From: Lama glama | Lineage: Eukaryota | DNA: 64,000 bases | Direction: 5' to 3' | Assembly: GCA_028534125.1 (NCBI GenBank) | Contig: CM052832.1 | Coordinates: forward strand, 18,602,001-18,666,000 | In this document: in pieces, positions 53,082 through 64,000 of the stretch | How the letters are laid out: each line of letters begins with the position of its first letter | How positions within the stretch are numbered: position 1 is the stretch's first letter | Notes under the pieces: generated by a model | Seen by the model: the letters and a program-made list of their open reading frames with translations, nothing else | Told to the model about the DNA's origin: nothing | Databases searched by the model: none | Program-made: the position numbers and the translations under genes

Positions 53082-53690
53082 TTGTTAGGAGTAAAAACTG
53101 ACTTCAAATTTGAGAAAGCTGACCCCAGAAGCATTGGCAGGGGAGACCCAGAAGCAAATGAATTTCAGGGAAAGGAGACCAGGGCCACCCCAAAATATGC
53201 CTCTTTGGCATAGGATTATTTTTCTCATTGTTTTTAAGAACCATCAAACACAGGAGAAGCTCTGAAAACTGAGTGGAAGTTATCCTTTTGTAAGAGAAAT
53301 TTATGTTTATAAGGAGAATCTCCATCTGTCAGGATGCTTCTGTTCTGTACCAGGAGAGGAGGGTGACTGACTCTATAAATTTACCAGTGGAGAAGGCAGG
53401 GATTTAAACCTGCATAACAACCTTATTTACCATTGTTTACCTGGTTCCTGGTAACTCCCCAAACTGCCCCCAACTTTCTTTCCTCTTTAGCTTAAGATGG
53501 TATTTAAGGTGGTAGTATAGGCCATATTGGGGAGTTACTCAGTTTTCCTGGTTATCTCTCATGTATATAGGAGGTAAACATGTTAATAAGTTTCTGTTGG
53601 TTTTTATCCTGTGAATCTTTTTAGGAAAGAATGGCTCAGCCAAGAACAAGAAAGGGTAGAGGGGAAATTATTTTTTTCTCCTCTATGTAG
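53082..53690 (+). mobile_element. ERV solo LTR
   Basis: TG start, TATTTAAG TATA-like box, GTTAATAAG polyA-like signal, LTR-like 3' end. Confidence 0.6.
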
Positions 53691-54029
53691 GAAAGCCTGC
53701 AGTGAACAGGCTTTCCTGTTGAACAGTGGTACCTCCCAGTCCCTTTCTCTCATTCTGGATCCCATAATGGGGCAGCCAGGCCAATGTCCTCCAGGCAGGA
53801 GATCAAACCTTTTAACAAGCCCAAGAGAAAAGACCTTAAGAGTCCAACAGTTAGGAAGACGCCCCCCATCCCCCAACAGAATGGTCCAAGAAGGTCACCC
53901 TACATTGAAGCCTGTCAGTCAATAAGCCCCACTCACAAACTTCCAAGAAGCGTGTTACGTGCCATTCCTTGCAACATGAAAGAGCTAAAAACGCTGCATC
54001 TGGGAAGAAATAATAATAGAAAAATGTGA

Positions 54030-55240
54030 CAGCAGAAATGGAAAACTCAAAGCTGAAAGATAAAGCTGAGGAAATTTCCCAGATAGTTGTGGGGGAGAGT
54101 AATAAAAAGAATGAGAAAATAGGGTAAAGAAAAAAAGCCTAGTAAATTAATAGAGGAAACACACAATTTGAATAATGGAAGTTTAAGAAAAAGAATACAG
54201 AGAAAAAGGAAGGAAAAATTATGAAAGAGATCATTCAAGAAAAATTCCAGAACCAAAGGACACAAATGTACAGGTTGAAATGGCTCATTAGTGCCTAGCA
54301 AATGGGCTTCAACAAAACAAAACCAAAAAACCCACACAGAGTGTATCATCATAAAATACCAATATCCTAGAAACAGAAAAGATTCCAAGCGCTACCTGAG
54401 AAGAGGAAAAACAAAAATAAGCCACAAAGCAAGCATCAGGACTCAAGATGACACTGGATTCTGAGAGCAACACTAGAAGCTAGAAGATAATGGGGCCAGG
54501 TTTTCAAAATTCTAAAGAAAAATGTATTCCAATCTAGAGTTCTATACCTGGTCACGCTACTAACGAAAATGCAAGACGTATGGGGTTCAGAAACTCACTT
54601 CCCATGCTTCCTCTGTAAGGAAGCCACCCGAGGAGGTGCTGTACCAAAATAAGAGTGAGGTATGGAAGAGGATGCTACAGACACAGGAGGGAGTGAGGGG
54701 CGACCCCAGGAGAACAGCAGTGGAGCTGGCCTTGAGGTCACACTGGAGGTGGTCAGACAGCAGTGGAAGATGTGCCCAGGAAGAGGAAACAGAGAAAACT
54801 CAAAGAAAAAGAGTAAATGTACACTTTTATTGGCGATCTAGGGGCCAGGTCAGTGATAGGATTACAGAAAACTAAGTTAATGCAAAAGGGCACAATTATT
54901 AACCCCAGGGAAAATAATAAGCTGTATAGGGAGGGAAGAGTAACCATAGTATACTGTGTAACTCAGCTGTGAATATTTACATGTCATAATGAAGTGGACA
55001 TTAACACTGTGTAACTAACAATTACGACATCACTAAGTAAGATGATGGGGAGAGGGAAGAGTGTGTGTGTTTGTTTGCTTGGACAGTAGGGTCAGACTGG
55101 ATAAACAATCATCCTTCACAGTAAGAAGTCAGCAGTTACAGTTGCTGTCGGGAAAAGGGAAAGAAACAAGGGCCTTTTTGTCTTTAAATAAAAGCCTTGA
55201 AGAACATCTGACATTTTAAACTACGAGCATGTGTAACTTT
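54030..55240 (+). mobile_element. Old L1/HAL1-like ORF1 remnant
   Basis: A-rich degenerate ORF1-like sequence (ATTCAAGAAAAATTCCAGAAC...TTCAAAATTCTAAAGAAAAATG...TAGAGTTCTATACC). Confidence 0.55.
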
Positions 55241-55819
55241 GATTTTCCAATTTTTTCCATGCTAATTAATGGTTTTACCTATGCCTAGACCTCTACATAT
55301 CAAACTGACAGTAATCTGTTTTTATCTAACAAAATGAAACAAATCACAACTTCTAGTAGATTCCATCATTTGACGAAAATCGATGTACCTAGTTCCATTT
55401 GTGCACTGGAACAGGAAGAGAATGCTCCCAGAGCAGTATCTCTGCAGGAAGTGGATTTTACAGTTTATTAAGTTTGTCTAACTTTCACTCAGAGCGTATT
55501 AAAGGAGGAGGTGGCTTTAGGGTAGAGGACGTCACACTGGGAGCGACAATACATACAATCCAGATCCAACGTGAACAGACCCCTCAGTTACTAAATCTCA
55601 ATTTCTCAAGTTTAGGGAGAGGAGAGCCTATGGTATTATCTCTTTATACAGATACAGGCCAAGATTGTCTTGATTCATTCAACCAATAGTGAAAGAGGGC
55701 TGACTGTGTATTACAGCCTGCATCAGACACTGAAATTACAATGAAAAATAAGACCAAGGCGTTGTTTCTGAGGAATAGCATTCTACAGGAAGAAAAGACT
55801 CGAAAGTGAATCACTAAAA

Positions 55820-56010
55820 GGGGGGAACGTATAGCTCAAGTGGTGGAGCACGTGCTTAGCATCCACAAGGTCCTGGGTTCAATCCCCAGCACCTCCATTA
55901 AAAACTATAATAATAATGATAATGATGATGATGATGATGATAATAATAATAATAATAAATAAACCTAATTACCTCCCCCCAAGGGGAAAAAAAAAGAAAA
56001 AAGAAAAGAA
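55820..56010 (+). mobile_element. tRNA-derived SINE with internal (AAT)n/(GAT)n microsatellite
   Basis: A and B boxes, expanded middle A-rich tract, A tail. Confidence 0.9.
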
Positions 56011-56902
56011 AGCAAAATCATTACGAGAGACTTTTCCTGTTTGGCTTTGTTTATGTTGGTATTGCTTGACTCTTTTACATTGAGAATATTGTTCATCCAT
56101 TCCCCACATTGTTTTAAAAAAAAAAACCCACCAAACAAACTCTCGAAGGCTCATATGTGCTCTAACAGATGTGTGCAGAGGATAAAAAAAAGTGTTGAGT
56201 CAGCAGTAGAGAAAAAGCAATTAATTTGGGGTGGGGTGGGGGAAGGAGGAGCAGTCAGGGGAAAGCTTCAAAGAATAAATGACATTTAGGTGGAATCTTG
56301 AAGGATAGGCGAATAGAATTTTCCCTAGTATGCCAAGCTTCAAGGCCAGTGTCAAAGAAGACAAATAATTGGGTCCTAAAGCTTACAACATTCAGTAAGT
56401 TATACTGTTACGGATATAGAAATTTAACTTACTCCCACCTCGCCATCCTGCTGAGGCAAGATAAGGCACATCAATCTACAGAACTGACTAGTTTCTTCCC
56501 TCCCTGTGCCCGGCCTGCCCACCCTCAGCTTATCAGGATGGTTTAAATTCGTGCCTGCATTTGATATCTCAAGGTGAAGAAGACTGCACAGACGCAAATC
56601 CACACACACAGTGTATTTGGGGATGGCTCTACATTTAGTCGGGGATTAAATAACTAGGTACAAATTATGCTCAAAAGCTGGAGTGTTTTAAGTTAGGCTG
56701 TTAATAAAAGTTCCATGGAATTGTCTTCTAAAGAAACTCCATCCTAGTAATAAGAATATGCACAGAGAACTTTTTAGAGTCTAACTCTGAAGCCTCTTTG
56801 CTAATTCTGCTGCCATCTTGACACTGTCTGTTAAATCATGGCCATTGAGCAATGATGTAGGGCCCCCAGTTACATCAAATTATGAACAAGAACTTAAAAA
56901 TA

Positions 56903-57093
56903 CAGTTGATTTTTGAACAACATGGGTTAATTTGCATATAGCTTATAATCGGCCCTCAGTATCCGAGGTTTTTCCTACATCCACAGATTTAACCAGCCAA
57001 GGATTGTGTGGTACTGTATTATTTACTATTGAAAAAAATCTGCAAATAAGTGGACTCACACAGTTCAAACCTGCATTGTTCAAGGGTCAACTG
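56903..57093. mobile_element. Tigger2-like MITE (TcMar)
   Basis: TIRs CAGTTGAtttTTGAACAA / TTGTTCAAGGGTCAACTG with TA duplication on both sides. Confidence 0.85.
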
Positions 57094-57214
57094 TAAGTAA
57101 TCTCAGCCTGCCAAGCAATGCCCACTGTCCTGTAAGACACATCTGGGTAAACCTGAGGAGGCCCTAAAACGTCACCTTGCAGAGCCACGTTTTGTGGTCT
57201 GACTTAGAACAGTA

Positions 57215-57405
57215 CAGTGGTTCTTAAACTTGAGCCTACCTTAGGATACCCCAGAGCGCTTGTTAAAACACAGGTTTCTGGGTCCTACCTCCAGTTTCTG
57301 ATTCAGGAGGTCTGGGGTAGAGGTTTGAGAATGTGCATTTCTAACAAGCTCCTAGCTGACAGCACTGTTGCTCCCCTGAAGGTCACATTTTGCAAGCCAC
57401 CAGAA
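57215..57405. mobile_element. MER5A-like hAT MITE
   Basis: CAGTGGTTCTTAAACTT...TTCTGATTCAGGAGGTCTGGGG...TGCATTTCTAACAAGCTCC. Confidence 0.75.
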
Positions 57406-57547
57406 CAGTAAATCCCATATAAAAAATATGTATTTCATACATCTATATTAAATAAATGAGCCTTAGTATATATACACCAAGTTTAACTGTTAACAGTAAT
57501 TTAAATGTGAATTAAATAGTGTTATTAGTGAAATGACTCTGAACTCA

Positions 57548-57700
<153 letters not shown>

Positions 57701-59538
57701 TTAATTCAGGAAACATGCATGCTAGATTCAGGGCTCTGTGATACAGGCCACAGGAAGGACTGATGGAAATACGAGCCCTCAGATTCCACGGGAAGAGAAG
57801 CTGTGTATACAGCTGTAACCAGGGTAGAAAGAAACAAAAGTCAGAAATGCTCTATAAACACAGAGCCAGGTGGAGGATTAACACTGACTGATGTCTCAGA
57901 AATGTGTAGGAAGGCATTGCGGGCTATTGGTGGAGAGAATGCATGAAAAAATGACACACAGGCTAAATTTTGAGAATGGCAATAATTCCATTGGCCAGGG
58001 GCCTGCGGTTTATTGGATGAGGCAAACTGCTGAGTATAAACCCTGGCAGACACTGAAAGTGGCCACTCCAAACTGCCTCACCTGCTACCTTTCTTGCTTG
58101 CTAGAAGAACCCTGATTTCAAGACATGACTGCTTATCTGAATAAGTCAAATACAGTAATTCTATCTCCTTGCCCATGACTGGTAAGCATGGACGCGTGTT
58201 ACAGTTCCGATCAGTGAGATACGAGGGGAAATCTGCCGGGGGCTCGGGGCAGGTGTTCCTGCAGAAGAAGGGGTATGTTTTATTCTGCACGGTTATGGGA
58301 GAGAGGATGTGATGTCTGAGCTGTGGCAGCTGCCTGGAGTTCAAGAAGAAGCGAGCCTGAGGACAAAAGCCAGTGTGCAGAGGATGACAGAGTGGAACAG
58401 TGGAAAGCACCTGGCTGCTTGTGCTGTGCTGCTGAATAAACCAGTCCCAGATCCTGAGACTTCTGGATTCCTTGTTAGGTGAGAAAATAAATGTTTCTCA
58501 TTATTTAAGTCATGTTTAGTTGAGTATCTCTCATTACCTCTAGTTGCATGAATACTTCCTAACTAATAATACAAGGACCGACAGTGAAGAGCCTTGAATC
58601 CTATGCTAAAGAGTGTGGAACTTACTTTGTAGGTGATGGGGAGCCCCAGAGAAGTGGCATGGCCCAACTTGTCTTTTGGTCAGGTAATTCTGGGATAGAA
58701 TGAAGGATACTTTGCAGAAGCCAGGGATTATAAGCAGGGGAATCTGTTCAGGAACACAAATGAAAGACTTCTCTAATTGTTTAGTCTCATCTGGAGGAGA
58801 TAAGGGACCAATCAAAGACAAGGGCAATGAGAAAAGAAAGAAAGAAGTAGCCTAAGATGAGGCTGAAGTTTCTACATGGGTGAAGGGGCGCATAGTTCTC
58901 GGAACACAGTTCGAAGATCTGATCTGGGGGGAAAGATGATGAGTCCAACCTCAGGCAGTGTTGTGTGAGGTGCTGTGGAAATTTGGGCAGGCGTCGAAAG
59001 CTTGGGTCTCAGGAGAGAAGCTAGTAAGAAGCTGTAAGGAAATTATTCATCAATCTAGCATTTCTCTTTGAATGGACAACTCACAGTGAGCTCAGTAACA
59101 TGCAGGGTTTGTGTCTGGGATAGTGGATTAATATTTCACGCAGACAGGTTGTGGGCCACTGAGAAAGAACCTGTAACCTGCCCATTCCTTTTGGGCATAA
59201 GGACACATTCCCATGTGGTTGTGGTATCTAGTCTGGATGTCTTGCCATAGGGCGGTGGGAAAGTTCCTTCCTGAAATCTTGATTTGCAAGTCTCAAGTTG
59301 CCTCTGGGGGAACCCGGCTCATGTCTGCACAGGCATTGTTTAAAAAGACCCCATCACTGGCTTGAAACAATCACCCACTCTAGTCACTGGCTGCGTCCGT
59401 GATGAAAATGAGCCGTGTGTTTGAGTTCACATTTGTGAAATGCTGAGAGGTGAGCATTTAATAGATAACAAAGGACTCTGTGAAATGTGAGTAAGAAAAA
59501 CAATTAAACCTCTCATCTGAATGGTGCTTTACAGCGGG

Positions 59539-60038
59539 NNNNNNNNNNNNNNNNNNNNNNNNNNNNNNNNNNNNNNNNNNNNNNNNNNNNNNNNNNNNNN
59601 NNNNNNNNNNNNNNNNNNNNNNNNNNNNNNNNNNNNNNNNNNNNNNNNNNNNNNNNNNNNNNNNNNNNNNNNNNNNNNNNNNNNNNNNNNNNNNNNNNNN
59701 NNNNNNNNNNNNNNNNNNNNNNNNNNNNNNNNNNNNNNNNNNNNNNNNNNNNNNNNNNNNNNNNNNNNNNNNNNNNNNNNNNNNNNNNNNNNNNNNNNNN
59801 NNNNNNNNNNNNNNNNNNNNNNNNNNNNNNNNNNNNNNNNNNNNNNNNNNNNNNNNNNNNNNNNNNNNNNNNNNNNNNNNNNNNNNNNNNNNNNNNNNNN
59901 NNNNNNNNNNNNNNNNNNNNNNNNNNNNNNNNNNNNNNNNNNNNNNNNNNNNNNNNNNNNNNNNNNNNNNNNNNNNNNNNNNNNNNNNNNNNNNNNNNNN
60001 NNNNNNNNNNNNNNNNNNNNNNNNNNNNNNNNNNNNNN
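59539..60038. other. Assembly gap (500 N)
   Basis: Exactly 500 N, a placeholder size. Confidence 1.
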
Positions 60039-60129
60039 ATGAACAATTAGACTAAGTGAACATCTTAGAAAAATAGCAATTACCAAAATGGTCTCAAGAA
60101 GAATTAGGTAATCTGAATAGATCTGATGA

Positions 60130-60520
60130 AATAAAATTCATATTTTATGGCAAGACAAGAAAACTTTAAACATAAAATTTTTCTCTGCCTGTTTGGACCT
60201 CCTCCCTCCCTTCAGTATACTGTGCATCTGCGTTAACCAGACCTCCTTACAAGATAACCTTCCTTCTTAATCTTATAAGGCATCAGAATGACCCACTTCT
60301 CACTTTGTACGTGTAGATCTGGTTGTGTAACCTGTCAATATGTCATCTGAAGTACAACCCTTTGTCTCAAAAACTTCTATTACTATGCTTTGATGCCTAA
60401 TGGGCAGAACAATCCTCAAAGTTTTCTGAAGGATTGTCTCCTGGGTTATACTCCTCAGGTTGGCAAATAAAATTTCCCATTTCTTTCTTAGATTGACTAC
60501 TGATTATTTTTTTGTCAAAA
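60130..60520 (+). mobile_element. ERV LTR fragment
   Basis: AATAAAATTTCCCATTTTCTTTCTTAGATTGAC...CA LTR-like 3' end. Confidence 0.5.
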
Positions 60521-60687
60521 GATCTATCAGATCAAATCCCTAGTTTAAAAAATCTGCATATCAGCATTATATGCACACAGCACCCAGATACCACATCAGG
60601 CCCAGGTAGCTTCCTAGGAGAGGAACAGAAAATCTATATTATATGTAAACTGATCCAGAGCTTCCCAACTAATTTTATGAAGACAGC

Positions 60688-61290
60688 TGTGATATGGTGA
60701 TTTATAATAAGAAATACATATATCTAGTCTTTATCCCCATTTCTGGCACATAGCTCCTAAGCCCTTAGAATTTCCTAACTGATGAGAATGATAGAGGTGT
60801 TCTGGTTATACTAATGAGGTGACTTTGGAACCCACCTAAACATGGAGGCTGATATCTAAGAGACCACCCACATGATTAGAGTTTGGAACTTACAGTCCCA
60901 CCCCTAAATTTTAGAGAGCTGATAGAACCTGGGGGTTGAGCCAATCGCTAATGGCCAACTATTTATATCAGTCATGACTGCAATGAAGCCGTCATGAGAA
61001 CCCAGTAGGACAAGGCTTGGAGAGCTTCTGTTGGTGAACACGCAGAGATACAGGGAGCGTGGTGTGCTGGGAGAGGGCATGGAGGCTTGGAGCCCCTTCC
61101 CCCATATCTTTCCCTAAGCATCTCTTCCATCTGGCGGTTCCTGAGTTATATCCTTTTATAATAAATTGATAATCCAGTAAGTAATGCCTGGGTTCTGTGA
61201 GCTGCTATAGCAAATTAATGGAAGCCAAGAAGGACTGTGGGAACCTCTGACTTATAGCCCGTCAGTCAGTATGAGTAACAACTGCCAATG
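60688..61290. mobile_element. MER21-like LTR
   Basis: TGTGATATGGTGATTTATAATAAGAAATACATAT terminus and MER21-like body; recognition only. Confidence 0.65.
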
Positions 61291-62396
61291 AAAGAATGTC
61301 TCTCACCACGTGGTTCTATAAGAATTAAGCCGTTAGCCATCGCAGTCACTGACCTTCAACACATTTTGAAAGGAATTTAGGGTGCAGATTAGGAATGAGG
61401 TTCCCTGTGCTCTGGGAAAATTGGCAGAATAGGCCTTCAGATAGTTAAATATTTTCAGGAGAAAATCTGATGAAAAATGCAATTGGTGCCAGAAATGTTG
61501 AAAGTAAAAACAATCTCCATACCTTGGCCTTGAGAATTCTGACACGTGACATCTAAAGCCCATTGGGGCATCAGACGTCAAGCACAAGCTCTAGAAAAGC
61601 TAAGACTGATTTAGGGAACACTGAGGCTACTCAATCCATCAAAGCAAACAACAGAGCAATAATATTAAATGACTGCGGCTACTAAATACTGTAAACTTCT
61701 CACTCTCCACTGAAAAACGTGGACTATGGTGGCTGTGTGGCAGCCTCACAGTGCTGTTAGATGCAAAAGCACTCTGAAAATCGCAAGGACTGTGAAACCG
61801 TAAGGTATTGTATTTTCACAATGAACCCAAGGGAAAGCAAGCTGTGGCAGGTTTCTCAGTCCACCAAGCCTCTGGGAAGAAGCCAGATCTATTTAGACCC
61901 ATGACCATGGCATAAACTGTATTAAGGCTCATTAGCACCCACAGTTCAGTCCTCTCCTGAGTAGAAAGAGCAAGACATTCAGAGTCACACCACCTGCGCG
62001 GTTCCCCATGCACAGCCTCTTCTCCACCATTTAGTTACCAAAAGCCAGGGCACCAGCACAGGTCAGAAATATGAAGACAGGAGTATATGTGTGCGGTCCA
62101 AAATCAAATGCAATTTTTAATCACAAAGCAATTCTTTGGTACTTATTTTCCATCTTTTAACACTCAGACACTAAAATTTTATAGATGTAGCCTGTGTATC
62201 TCACCCACGTGATTGATATTTTTCTAAGGACTTCCAAGGATCAACTCTGTCCGAAAGAGTCAAGAACTGTACAGCATCACCTTTTCCAACATTGTTGAGC
62301 ACTAAGTGAGATATTCCATGTGAATGCACACAAACAGGTTCTGTACTCCTTAACTGCAAGCTTTCACATGTGCAAGGTGTTTTTGTAAGACTCTCA

Positions 62397-62723
<327 letters not shown>

Positions 62724-62894
62724 TTAAATCTATCGGGGAATAGCAAACACCCATTCACAAATCACTTAACTCTTTCTCAGTGTTTACTCACTGAGAACAT
62801 CCCTAAGAAATATCTGTGAAATGGTCCGAGGTCCTTGCTGAGTGTGCTTCACAGTTGTAAGGAAATGACCGGCATTAGCAAAACCCTCACTTAC

Positions 62895-62961
62895 CAAAGG
62901 CCCTGGAAACAGGCCGCAGCATTCGGCTGTGAATAGTCTTCCTCTTGGACTTAGGAGTCAT
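62895..62961 (-). CDS. CARMIL1: CARMIL1 exon (MTPKSKRKTIHSRMLRPVSRAF)
   Basis: 67 nt, TAG/GTAAGT boundaries, phase 1 into next exon; matches LRRC16A. Confidence 0.93.
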
Positions 62962-64000
62962 CTAGCAATAAAGTAAAGAAAGTACTTAGGCAGGAATTTC
63001 CAGAAGACTGGACTTTGAAGCTTCAGCAACATTGCGGGGAGTGTTAATATTTGGGATCAATTGTTTAAGTTCAGTATTTGTTTTACTTCTTTCGAGGATG
63101 GTTAGTAACATCTGACAGCCTGATTGAAAAGACTAAGCCAAAACATTTCTAAATATTTACCATTTTCTCAAATGAGATAGCCCACTTACTCCTTCCTCTG
63201 GCCCTATTCAGTTAAATTCTACTTATATAGCTAAAAGGAACGATGAATGATATAGAATTTGATTCCAAGTGGCACATGAAGATGTTAGAACTGGTATAAA
63301 CAATAAAATTGAAAGAGTGTACAAATCAATCACTAGAAATTGAAAACACAGTTATTCACCGTTCATTATCATAGCAACGTCAATGTAAGCAACATGGAAC
63401 TCTTTATCTTCTTAACGATTTAAGCAGCGTAACTTTTGTTTCACACTTCTGCCACAAAGATTTTGATCTTTACATTATAGGCAAAGACCACAGACCAAAG
63501 ACCAAAGGAAAAAGTTGCCATGATTTAGAAGTCTGTATCTGCTGTCACTTCTCAGTAAGATGTCTTTGATCCTGCCTGTCCTTTACAAAATGAGACCAAA
63601 ACCCAAACCATGGCCAAAACTTCCAAAGAGCATCTTTCTAGTATTATTGTCAACTGTTGATTATGTAAAGCAAAACCTCAGGAAGACATTAGCTTCTCCC
63701 TCAATCAGATAACACAGGTCAAAGCTGGAGAGGACCTTTGTCATCACCTCCACAAACAAATTCCAAGGAAGAAACTGAGTCATGGAGATGATAAAGACCA
63801 CCATTCGAGTCAACAGGAGCAGGGCCAGGGACAGACCCAGATCAGGTCAGCTTAGCATCCCTCCCACCTCATCACTTGTTATATCAATATACAGATGGAT
63901 GGATTTTACGGATGTTAACAGGTTTGATACTGGAAAATGGCATTTGTGTAAACTAAGAGATAATATAACTGAAAGAACTTAGTTTAGAGACTTCCCTTTC

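Noticed and set aside
52943..53134. Poly-tyrosine ORF
   Set aside because: Translation of the (AAT)n microsatellite

Overview
Mammalian genomic DNA, most likely a camelid given the repeated Vic-1-like tRNA-derived SINEs. The assembly has two fixed-size 500-N gaps. The minus strand carries two spliced genes in tandem: seven late coding exons of CARMIL1/LRRC16A (62961 down to 44175, including the capping-protein-interaction region; the canonical last exon was not found) and coding exons 1-10 of SCGN, secretagogin (ATG at 27405 down to 4298; exon 11 lies beyond the window). Most remaining sequence is LINE-1, L2, MIR, SINE, LTR and DNA-transposon fossils. Highlights: (1) a decayed ~0.9-kb reading frame in SCGN intron 10 with colinear motif similarity to the C-terminal part of bornavirus L polymerase, a candidate endogenous bornavirus-like L element; (2) a 146-bp, 98%-identical inverted repeat in the same intron; (3) an RE1/REST site overlapping the SCGN start codon; (4) substitutions in the CARMIL1 CPI consensus; (5) an in-frame candidate alternative 3' exon of CARMIL1; (6) a SINE and an L1 stacked at the same target site; (7) two co-oriented CTCF motifs. 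Comparisons with human and viral proteins are from memory and need alignment to confirm. Repeat boundaries are approximate.
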